Source: a virus (taxonomy: Duplodnaviria; Caudoviricetes). From it: a stretch of DNA of 30,718 nt. Shown here in pieces: positions 1-8,494 of the stretch. A program made the translations under genes and the position numbers. The notes below the pieces were generated by a model that saw only the letters and a list, made by a program, of their open reading frames with translations, was not told the origin of the DNA and did no database searches. The stretch covers positions 1 through 30,718 of IMG/VR virus record IMGVR_UViG_3300025671_000322. One strand, given 5' to 3'. Position 1 is the stretch's first letter. Each line of letters begins with the position of its first letter.

Positions 1-1
1 C

Positions 2-3000
2 AGTTATAGGTGTATCTCCAAATCCAGCTTCAGTAGAATACATTCTCATTCTCTTATTATCTTTTAAATCTGATATGAGTTCTTGAGAATTAGAATATGG
101 TTCTGTGTTATTAATTTCTATCTGATAGCCTGCATCTATTATAGCATCATATTGAGCTATTGTTTCTTTCATCAAAGCATCATAAGCAGCTTTAACTTTT
201 GGATCGTTAGGATTATTTTCCATTTGATCGTAAGCTGTAGCTATTCTTTTAGAAAGATTTTTATCTAGTTTTTTTATTTTTTCTACTGGAATATATTCCA
301 TTCCAGCAGACTTCATATAAGTCTTGGCTATATCTTCTGCCTCTTTTAAAGGCTCATTGAATAATTTATTTCCAGCAACAGGCTCTGTTAATTTCTCCCC
401 TTTCTGTCTTTTGATTGATGGTGCCTTCTGCTTCTTCAGTTTTTCAGGTTGTTGTTGTGGGGTAACCCTGGCTATTCCCATTCCTATATTAGATAAACCT
501 AGCTTACCATAAGTAGGAGCTGATCCATCTATCATTTCAAACACATTTCCTTTTACTGCATTTGGTCTTTCAGATAATAATTTTAGTTTAGGTTTTGACT
601 CAGATTTTAAAATCCAAGGATAGCTATCATGACCTTTTCTTTCTTCATAAGTAACTGGTTTAGTAACTTCAATAACAGCATACACATGGCTTTTAGGCAA
701 TCCTAAAAGAAGTCTTTCAGTCAATATATTACCTATAGAATCTCTTACACCTTGTACACTAAAAGATATTTTTCTCTCACTGCCTAAAAACTCTCTTATA
801 CCTTTAATGTTTTCTTTAACACTTTTTGATGTTTTACCTAAATCATCTATTACTTGATCAAAGAAATCACCTCTTCTTTCAAAAGTTGAATTTTTAACAT
901 CCATGAACTTATCCTTGATGTCTTTATGTATAGCGGCAGCAGAATTTTTACCTGAAAAATCTATATTAAAATTCTTTCCTGCTCTTATTAAAGAAGATCT
1001 AAAATCAGACCTACTAATAAGTCCTTTATCAACCATCAATTCAATTATAGACATAGATGCTTTTACACCTTCTACTGAAGATATCATTTTTGAATCTACA
1101 CCTCTAACCAACACAAGTCTACCAACACCATCAGTAGATTCCTTTAAAGATCTGTTTATTAAATTGCTTAGTTGTTTAGCGGAACTTTCTTTACCAGAAG
1201 CCCATACATTTCCAGTATCAGTAGTGTAAAAAACACCACCATTACCTCTAAATATATTCTCTCCTTTATAATTTAAATTACCAACAAACATATTGTCTGG
1301 CTGGTGCACTGCAACAACTTGCCCAGCAATTTTTGCTATATCATAGTTGCTTTCTACTAATCCTTGTTTCACTAAATCAAAGAATCTGGATTCATCTTCA
1401 AAATAAGATACTTCAAAAGATCCTACCTTTCGTTTCTTTATAGATAGATCTTCTGTGTTTACATTTATTGCCTCTCCCTCACTAACAACCTGCTCTCCAG
1501 TTCTTAGTTGTCTAGTCAGGTTGTTCATAAATGAAGCAGCATCAACGGCATTCATAGCATTAGCAAATGGAACCAATCTGGTAGGAAGTCCTAGCTTCTT
1601 AAAGATTCTACCAATCAAAGCCTTGAATCTCTGAAATTTAGTGGTAGTAAGTTCTTGCTTTGCTTCCGACATGATAGCCCCTAGTTCAGCCAGATATTCT
1701 TCCGCTCGTTCATTTTCATCATATTGAGATATAAAGTCAGATAGTCTAGCCTTTAAATCTTTATCTGATACTATTGATTGAAGTCCTTTAGCCATGTCAA
1801 GTATAGCACCTGTCTCCATTCCCTTTGACTGAAGAGCACTATGCATTGCCTCGTGAAACAATGTAACAAGGTCTCCACCGTTCTCTAGGTTGATGTGTAT
1901 CTCATTTGTCCCTGGTATAAATGCACCCCTATCTCCTTCGTCAGACTTTTGTTTTATTCCACCTTCATAATCTGATGTTGTCTCGTGTACATATATCTTA
2001 ACGCCAGGCAACGAATTCAATACCATCTTAGCAGCAGTAACGACTTTTTGACCTGTAGATGTTTTTTGCTTTGCTCTCATCTCATCTACATTCTCAACAG
2101 TAATTTGATTCTTTGTAGATGGTTCTGTCTGTGCTTGAGTCTCAGTAGCTATGTTTGGATTAAACACAACAATGTTTTGAATGTCTTGTTTATTAGTTTT
2201 TAGGTTCGTGTCAGTAAATCTTGCCGCACCATATCCCATTTTTTCTAATTCAGAAAATACAGACGATATACCTTCATCAGATAAAGATGTCTCAAACCTG
2301 TTATCTAATAGTTCAAATACGCTTAAGTCATTAATGTCCCATCCTTCTTCTTTAGACTCTAATCCTAATTTATTTATTACATCATAAATTTCTTGCTCAG
2401 ATGCAACTTTTGTGTTATCTATATCAAATGCAGCAACAGAACCTTCATTACCTTTAGCGTATTCATTAGCTTGAGATTCATCCTCCGACACAAATAATGG
2501 ATTTTCTTTACTGGCTACATTAATGTCAGAAACTTCACCTCCATGATAAACGCTTATCTTGTTTTCTTCTTCGGTAACGACTTGAGGTTCTGCTTGGGAT
2601 TCTCTTCCCTCCACTTCTTCGCCAACTGTGGCTTCTGGCTGTACAGGAACTTCACCTGTTGTTTGCTTTTGAAAGGCATCTTCGCTAAGTTTTTTTAGTT
2701 CATTATCAATATCGCTTATTCTTTGTTTTTGAGCAGCAACTAGCGATTCATCCTTGCCCTCTATTTGTTTTTCTAATCTTTGTTTCTCGACAATTAAATT
2801 TACAGCTTGTACCTGCTGATCTTCAGATAGATTTTCAGGAACAGATTTAAATATATTTGAAACTTTGTCTACAGCATCTAATTGTTTTTGAGCTTCAGAC
2901 TTAGTTATTCTACCTCCAAGCATATCAGCTTTTAGCTTTGCTATTAAGCTTTTTCTTATATTATGATCGGTAGTAGTTGATTTTAAAAACTCTACATCTT

Positions 3001-6000
3001 CAGTGTTATACAAAGATATGTTTCCATTTATTAATCCTTGACTAGCAGTAGCAGCACCAGTCATAACTATACCCCCAATACCCTCAGCTATACCATCTTC
3101 AACAACTTGAAGTATACCTTCTTGAACAGAGTCAGGAGTATCAAACAACTCACCACCAGTAAGTTCAGAAGCTAATCTATCGTTGCCCTTTATTTGGTTT
3201 ATAAGTTCTTTATATCCTATATCTAAAACAAGCGATTGTGTTGCTCCAGTTTCAGCTTCCGCTAGAAAACCACCAGCGACTCTAAGCCCAAATTTTGCTA
3301 TATTACTTTTTATTTCTTTTTCTAAAACTTTCTCCATTAAATCCTTACTTCCACTTCCACCTATCTTTTTAATAGTGCTAGATATAGATTTTAAAATAAG
3401 AGATTTTGCAGCTGGGTTTTTAGATAAGGCTGTAGATAAACCTATCTTTTCTAAGACACCCATTCCCATAGCATAAGGAACAGCTATAAGGCCTATGTCA
3501 CTTAACGACTCTCCTTTAAAGTCAGGATCATTAAGCATCTCATCCTCAATAGCACTAAAAGCCTGAGCGGATAGGGCAGTTAAACTAGCTGGAGTTCCCA
3601 TGGCAGATGTCAACATTGCTGGTAGAGACTGAGCCACTCCAAACAATGCTTTTGTAACAAAACCCCTATCTTCAGACTGCATGTATTCTTTAGATACACC
3701 CATATCTCCCAAACTGATTTTTAGATCGTTTGCATTTTTTTCTTTAAACTCTTTATATATCTCTTGTCCTATAGCGTTTGCTATTTCATCTTCTGATTTT
3801 AATCCTTGAGCTCTATATCTTTTTTCCTCTTCTTTAGTTAAAGATGATGCCTTAACTCTACCTTCACTCATTGCATTATCTCTAACCCAAGGTTGTAAAG
3901 TAGAATAAACAGAAGATACACCATCCATAAAACTATTCAATAGCCCTGACCCTATGTTACCCATTTTAGACTTATCGACAACATACTTTCCTGTTAGATA
4001 CTCAAGTCTTTTAATATCTTCAGATATAGTTCTTTTTCTTGCCAAGAACTTATCTTTATTTGTGTCTAGATGTTTTTTGAATTTATTTAATTCTTCATTT
4101 CTTACAGATGCCTCCTCTGGAGTCATACTGCCTTTTGCTAAATCAAATTCTTTTACTTGTTGGCTATAATCTTCATATTGAGAAATTAAATGTTTTTCAA
4201 AAAGACTTAAGTCATTTAGCTCTACGTTATAGTCTGTTCTAAATTCAGATAAGTATTTATCATCTAAAAATGCCATAACTTTTTTTCTGGCAGCACTACC
4301 TTCTGAAGGATCTGCTTTTACTTCATCATAAAGATTCCGCATCTTAGCTCTTTCATATTGCTTGGCAGTCTTTTTAGCTTGTAGATATGTTTTATATTCT
4401 TCTGAATTTAAATACTCACCATAAGCCTTAGCAACTGGCTCTCTAGTATCTTCATATCCAACTATAACACCTTTTTCATCTCTAATAGGTCTTTTTGTAC
4501 TAGAACCATTAATAAGCTTTTTAAAAGTACTTATTTGTTTCTCTACCTTATTTATTAAAGATTCATAAGATAATGGAGCTCCAGTTTCGTCTAATACTGT
4601 TTTATCAATACCATATGCTTGTGGTCCAGCAGTTTCAATTAGGAAGTCTTGTAGTGCTATGTTTTGACTATAATCATCAGTATCTAAATTGATATATTGA
4701 GTTCTTAAACCATCTGATGTAGATACAATCATACCATCTCCAGCATCTGTCTCTTCAAATATAAAACCATATCTTTCAAATTGTGGCCTTAATAATCTAA
4801 TAGCCTCTTCCTCTTCAAGACTAGCTATATTATTATTATATATGAAATTTTTAACAGTACCTTCCCATTGCTTTATATTTGATTTTTTTCTTTCAAAAGC
4901 ATTAGACACTGGATTTAAAATCTCTTTTAGATAGTTAAAGCCTTCTGGTCTTATTGAATCAAAAACAGAATATGATTCTAATTTGTTTTCAGGCTTTTCT
5001 TTTACTACATATTTATTTTGACTGAAATCAAAAACAACTGGTTTACCATTAGCTTCCTTTAATACTTTTTTATATTCTTCTACAGACTTTGGATCTATAT
5101 TCTTGTCAAAATTTAGTAATAATCTCAAATCTTCTTCTCCACCAAATTCAACAGGTTCTTCAGGTACTGAACCTAGGTTAGTACCATGCCTTTTGTTTAA
5201 TTCTTTAGATACCTCTAAAGAAACAGGTGTACCCACGCCCTTTTCATCTACACTTTCCCATACATTATTAGTTTCATTTTTTCTGAACTTCATCCCCTTT
5301 GTGTCCTCATCATATCCAGAATATAATTCTACTTCAGCAGTAGGCTTTTTTACTCTAGGCATTTTAATACCCATAAAATCTGTAAAAGGAGTTATTCCTG
5401 GTATGGTTGGTAACATATCTCTTGTGGCTAGAGGGATGTTTGTGTTGAACTTTGTATTTAAGTTTGAAATAACTTCATCATCTTCAACAGGTGTAATTAA
5501 TGAACCAGTTAAATCTCTTATAGTGAAATCACCTGTCTGTTCATCAAGATAATATCTTCTAGGATCCTTAGCCCAATCTTCAGTAACAACAACCTCATTC
5601 CATCTATTATTGTCGCTATCCAGTTGATATATTTTATCACCATGCCTTACAATGTCAAGAGAAGTCTCATCAAACTGAGCCCATATTTTTTCTGAAGTTG
5701 GAATGATTTTTTCTTTTGATAATCTTTCTAAGTTTTCTTGTGCTTTTTTTAGCTGCACAGGATCTAAATCTTCGGCTTTGAATGTTGGATCAAACTCATC
5801 TGATTGTGAATAAAGTTGATCTACAGGGACAACCTCCTCCTCTGTTACTTGTCTCCATTTAGCCTGTCTAGGATCTTCAACTTGTTGATCTTCAACTTGT
5901 TGATCTTCAACTTGTTGATCTGCAAAATAAGTACTTTGAAAATCATTAGAAGAAAGGTCAGTCATTCCTTCTGAATTTAGATATCCATACAGTTGATTAA

Positions 6001-6106
6001 AATTATCTCCACTTGAATATGAATTATAGAAATCTTGAGCTGACATACCCTCTACCATTCCATTGGAGTTCAGGTAGTTGTATAGTTGTAAAAACTTTTC
6101 GTTCAT
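2..6106 (-). CDS. Giant putative virion-ejected polyvalent protein (>2035 aa, 3' end beyond the window) with ART-like, zincin metallopeptidase and unassigned domains
   Basis: Manual translation from ATG at 6106 (MNEKFLQLYNYLNSNGM...) stays open to the window edge (...RMRMYSTEAGFGDTPIT). Motifs: VYHGG (YHG at 2540-2548) ...LFVSED...ANEYA...MGYG...NIVVFNP, and HEAMH (1841-1855) followed by EEYLAE. A Gly/Ala-rich helical region lies at about 3040-3960. It sits after the tail genes, where podoviruses encode ejection proteins. Confidence 0.85.
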   Translation of the reverse strand, partial: MNEKFLQLYNYLNSNGMVEGMSAQDFYNSYSSGDNFNQLYGYLNSEGMTDLSSNDFQSTYFADQQVEDQQVEDQQVEDPRQAKWRQVTEEEVVPVDQLYSQSDEFDPTFKAEDLDPVQLKKAQENLERLSKEKIIPTSEKIWAQFDETSLDIVRHGDKIYQLDSDNNRWNEVVVTEDWAKDPRRYYLDEQTGDFTIRDLTGSLITPVEDDEVISNLNTKFNTNIPLATRDMLPTIPGITPFTDFMGIKMPRVKKPTAEVELYSGYDEDTKGMKFRKNETNNVWESVDEKGVGTPVSLEVSKELNKRHGTNLGSVPEEPVEFGGEEDLRLLLNFDKNIDPKSVEEYKKVLKEANGKPVVFDFSQNKYVVKEKPENKLESYSVFDSIRPEGFNYLKEILNPVSNAFERKKSNIKQWEGTVKNFIYNNNIASLEEEEAIRLLRPQFERYGFIFEETDAGDGMIVSTSDGLRTQYINLDTDDYSQNIALQDFLIETAGPQAYGIDKTVLDETGAPLSYESLINKVEKQISTFKKLINGSSTKRPIRDEKGVIVGYEDTREPVAKAYGEYLNSEEYKTYLQAKKTAKQYERAKMRNLYDEVKADPSEGSAARKKVMAFLDDKYLSEFRTDYNVELNDLSLFEKHLISQYEDYSQQVKEFDLAKGSMTPEEASVRNEELNKFKKHLDTNKDKFLARKRTISEDIKRLEYLTGKYVVDKSKMGNIGSGLLNSFMDGVSSVYSTLQPWVRDNAMSEGRVKASSLTKEEEKRYRAQGLKSEDEIANAIGQEIYKEFKEKNANDLKISLGDMGVSKEYMQSEDRGFVTKALFGVAQSLPAMLTSAMGTPASLTALSAQAFSAIEDEMLNDPDFKGESLSDIGLIAVPYAMGMGVLEKIGLSTALSKNPAAKSLILKSISSTIKKIGGSGSKDLMEKVLEKEIKSNIAKFGLRVAGGFLAEAETGATQSLVLDIGYKELINQIKGNDRLASELTGGELFDTPDSVQEGILQVVEDGIAEGIGGIVMTGAATASQGLINGNISLYNTEDVEFLKSTTTDHNIRKSLIAKLKADMLGGRITKSEAQKQLDAVDKVSNIFKSVPENLSEDQQVQAVNLIVEKQRLEKQIEGKDESLVAAQKQRISDIDNELKKLSEDAFQKQTTGEVPVQPEATVGEEVEGRESQAEPQVVTEEENKISVYHGGEVSDINVASKENPLFVSEDESQANEYAKGNEGSVAAFDIDNTKVASEQEIYDVINKLGLESKEEGWDINDLSVFELLDNRFETSLSDEGISSVFSELEKMGYGAARFTDTNLKTNKQDIQNIVVFNPNIATETQAQTEPSTKNQITVENVDEMRAKQKTSTGQKVVTAAKMVLNSLPGVKIYVHETTSDYEGGIKQKSDEGDRGAFIPGTNEIHINLENGGDLVTLFHEAMHSALQSKGMETGAILDMAKGLQSIVSDKDLKARLSDFISQYDENERAEEYLAELGAIMSEAKQELTTTKFQRFKALIGRIFKKLGLPTRLVPFANAMNAVDAASFMNNLTRQLRTGEQVVSEGEAINVNTEDLSIKKRKVGSFEVSYFEDESRFFDLVKQGLVESNYDIAKIAGQVVAVHQPDNMFVGNLNYKGENIFRGNGGVFYTTDTGNVWASGKESSAKQLSNLINRSLKESTDGVGRLVLVRGVDSKMISSVEGVKASMSIIELMVDKGLISRSDFRSSLIRAGKNFNIDFSGKNSAAAIHKDIKDKFMDVKNSTFERRGDFFDQVIDDLGKTSKSVKENIKGIREFLGSERKISFSVQGVRDSIGNILTERLLLGLPKSHVYAVIEVTKPVTYEERKGHDSYPWILKSESKPKLKLLSERPNAVKGNVFEMIDGSAPTYGKLGLSNIGMGIARVTPQQQPEKLKKQKAPSIKRQKGEKLTEPVAGNKLFNEPLKEAEDIAKTYMKSAGMEYIPVEKIKKLDKNLSKRIATAYDQMENNPNDPKVKAAYDALMKETIAQYDAIIDAGYQIEINNTEPYSNSQELISDLKDNKRMRMYSTEAGFGDTPIT
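5872..5921. repeat. 15-bp tandem repeat, 3.3 copies, encoding DQQVE x3
   Basis: gatcttcaacttgtt repeated exactly three times plus a partial copy, in frame in the giant ORF. Confidence 0.9.
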
Positions 6107-6112
6107 TTTATT

Positions 6113-7762
6113 CTAGTTCTTTTTCTTCATTCCATCTTTTCCAAATACAAAGCCACTAGACTTTATGCCTTTATCTGCTTCAGATGCTTGCTTTTGAGTT
6201 ATAAAATCAGTCTCACCTTCAGAAGATTTAGATGCTGTCCCTGTAGCAAAACCTAAGAATGGAGCTAGATCTTCAAGACTTGATATTCTTCCTACAACTT
6301 TATCTTCACCCATCCCAGATTGGTCTGTTGAAACCTTATATAAAACATAGCTATTGTCATAGTTCCCTTGTATCATATCATCAGGACTTGGAGCTGTTAT
6401 TACCACTCTATATCCTTTATTTGCCAACATTAAATTAATAGGGTTGGTGTCTCCTGACTGCATTTTATCATAAGCTTTTTTAGACTTATCATACAAGGTA
6501 TAATTAACAGTACTTCCTTCAGTACTTTTACCTTTTCCTTTTCCTCCTGTACCACTAGATTTAAGTTTTGCTGGTAGTGTTACAGTTCTTGGTATACCTG
6601 TGTATATCAAACTTTCTATAACTCCTTGAGCATCATCAATCTGATTTTTAGTTAATTCTGGTTGATATATGCCATTATCATCAAGAGAAACTTTTATCAT
6701 TTTTGAACGTATTTCATCCATTATCATCTCTTGATCCTCTATAGGTAATTCACCTATAACTTCCATTGATAACTTGTTTTTATAATTTTCAAGATCTTCT
6801 GCTGTCGCATTTTTATTTCTCTTTTTATATTTAGATACCATTTCAATTATTTCATCAGAACTATATTTAGGAGTTTCTCCTATGCTTCTAATCTTGTCTT
6901 GAAATTTTTCCATTACCTTTTGATCATACTCTTGATCGTCAAAATATGTGTCATATTCTAAACCTGAATTATCTAATAAAACACTAGTAGCAGTCCTATT
7001 ATTTCCTAGTATACCATAAGTAAAGTTTTCTATAGAATTTTTTAATTCAGGATTCTGTTTAGCATCAGTGATAGTTCCACTTGGATTTTGTATCTTCCAT
7101 GCTTCAACAAGGTCAACATAAGGCTTAGTTACAGCTATTAAATCTAATCTATTGTCATATTGATTCTGAGCATTTCCTATCGATGATGCATCTAAAAGTG
7201 AGTTTGGATCAAGAATCCCTGTCCCTGGATCTACATTTCCTATATATATTTTGCCTGTTTGATTATCTACAGTTATTTTTTTTCCTCTTAAATCACCTAA
7301 TGCAGCTATATGCTCATTCATGGCTGCATCTAATTTAGAACCAACAGGAGCCTTTCCATCTGGACCAACTTCTTGTCTTTTCAATGCTTCCTGTACTCTA
7401 GTATCAAACTGCTTCATGTTGTTAGCAAAAATAGTCCAATCATCCTTTACCTTATTCATTTTTGATTTATAGTCTCTAGCAGACAATAATCCAGCCTTAA
7501 GGTCTTTATTCCATTGCAACATTTTTTGTCTAGCATCATCAGCCCCAGAAAAAACCAAGTCATTAATTTGTTGTGTTTTCGACTTTTCAGCAGATGAAAC
7601 CAATTCGTCATTTACTGTTTTTATATCATCAAGCTGTTGTTTTGCTAGTTCTCTATCTTGATAAGCCTGTGTTAATTCATCAGCAATATCACTTGTCATT
7701 TTCCCCCAATCTACTCTTGAGTTTGATGGTATGTATCCGAAATAATTGTTTTCTGTTGGCAT
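6113..7762 (-). CDS. Putative internal virion/ejection protein (549 aa)
   Basis: Long, charged, helical-looking ORF between the tail module and the giant ORF. Function inferred from position. Confidence 0.6.
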   Translation of the reverse strand: MPTENNYFGYIPSNSRVDWGKMTSDIADELTQAYQDRELAKQQLDDIKTVNDELVSSAEKSKTQQINDLVFSGADDARQKMLQWNKDLKAGLLSARDYKSKMNKVKDDWTIFANNMKQFDTRVQEALKRQEVGPDGKAPVGSKLDAAMNEHIAALGDLRGKKITVDNQTGKIYIGNVDPGTGILDPNSLLDASSIGNAQNQYDNRLDLIAVTKPYVDLVEAWKIQNPSGTITDAKQNPELKNSIENFTYGILGNNRTATSVLLDNSGLEYDTYFDDQEYDQKVMEKFQDKIRSIGETPKYSSDEIIEMVSKYKKRNKNATAEDLENYKNKLSMEVIGELPIEDQEMIMDEIRSKMIKVSLDDNGIYQPELTKNQIDDAQGVIESLIYTGIPRTVTLPAKLKSSGTGGKGKGKSTEGSTVNYTLYDKSKKAYDKMQSGDTNPINLMLANKGYRVVITAPSPDDMIQGNYDNSYVLYKVSTDQSGMGEDKVVGRISSLEDLAPFLGFATGTASKSSEGETDFITQKQASEADKGIKSSGFVFGKDGMKKKN

Positions 7763-7774
7763 AATTTTAAAAGA

Positions 7775-8470
7775 TTATTTTCCCATCATCATTTTTGAAA
7801 ATTGCTGTAATGCTGCAATTTGTTCAGGTGTCATACCTTGCATGTTAGTTTGCATTCCAGCTGATGGTTGCATTCCAGCTGGTGGTTGCACTGACCCTGG
7901 AAAGAACATTTGTTTATAGCTAGCGTATGGATTTTCAGTTTGATATGCACCCATAAGACCAGCAGCACCAGCAAGACTTCCCCCTATTCCTGTAATTGCA
8001 GCATCTCTTAATCCAGCTTGTTCAGCTCTTCTTTGTTGTGCTCCCATTGCTTCTGTAGTTCCAATCTTAAATTCTCTTTCAGCTGCTCTCTGACCTATAG
8101 CTGCTTCCTGTCCAGCCTGAGCCAAATCTCTTTGATACTCAGCCTGTTCTAAACCAGAAGCTATTTTTCTAGAAGCATCGGCAGATGCTCCCATTATATT
8201 TCCTAATCCTCCAATAACGCCTTCAGCACCAGCAGATTGAGCAGCTTGAAGTCCTCCAGCTGTTGCTCTGGCTAATGCTTCTTGCTGTAATTGAGCACCC
8301 ATGGTAGGAACTTGTACTGCTTTATAGGGATTTACTTCTTTGATTTGCTTTAATTCGTTCATTGCTTTTTGTGATGCTTGTTCAGCACTTTTCATTCTCT
8401 TTTGAGCTTGAAAAGCTTGAACACCTTGTAGTCCAGCACCTAAAGCATATAATGCTAATTGTGGAATCAT
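7775..8470 (-). CDS. Putative ejection (pilot-like) protein, Ala/Gly/Gln-rich (231 aa)
   Basis: Hydrophobic Gly/Ala-rich N-terminus (LALYALGAGLQG), Gln/Ala coiled coil and a GGSLAGAAGLMG segment, a composition typical of small podovirus ejection proteins. Follows the tail stabilization genes. Confidence 0.6.
   Translation of the reverse strand: MIPQLALYALGAGLQGVQAFQAQKRMKSAEQASQKAMNELKQIKEVNPYKAVQVPTMGAQLQQEALARATAGGLQAAQSAGAEGVIGGLGNIMGASADASRKIASGLEQAEYQRDLAQAGQEAAIGQRAAEREFKIGTTEAMGAQQRRAEQAGLRDAAITGIGGSLAGAAGLMGAYQTENPYASYKQMFFPGSVQPPAGMQPSAGMQTNMQGMTPEQIAALQQFSKMMMGK
7849..7890. repeat. Short 18-bp tandem repeat encoding QPPAGMQPSAGMQ
   Basis: ttgcattccagctg(a/g)tgg repeated about 2.3 times. 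Confidence 0.7.
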
Positions 8471-8486
8471 GATTATGGGTTTTACA

Positions 8487-8494
8487 CAAATTTA
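8487..8494 (-). promoter_or_regulatory. Bacteroidota-type -7 promoter element (TAAATTTG)
   Basis: Matches TAnnTTTG, about 17 nt upstream of the ATG at 8470. Confidence 0.6.

Noticed and set aside
2415-2435. AFDIDN resembling the DFDID catalytic motif of crAss-like virion RNA polymerase
   Set aside because: The first Asp is missing and the segment lies inside the ART-like domain. No RNAP motif was seen in the part of the gene within this window.
5872-5921. Short direct repeats as a possible CRISPR or iteron array
   Set aside because: No spacers; a contiguous in-frame coding repeat.
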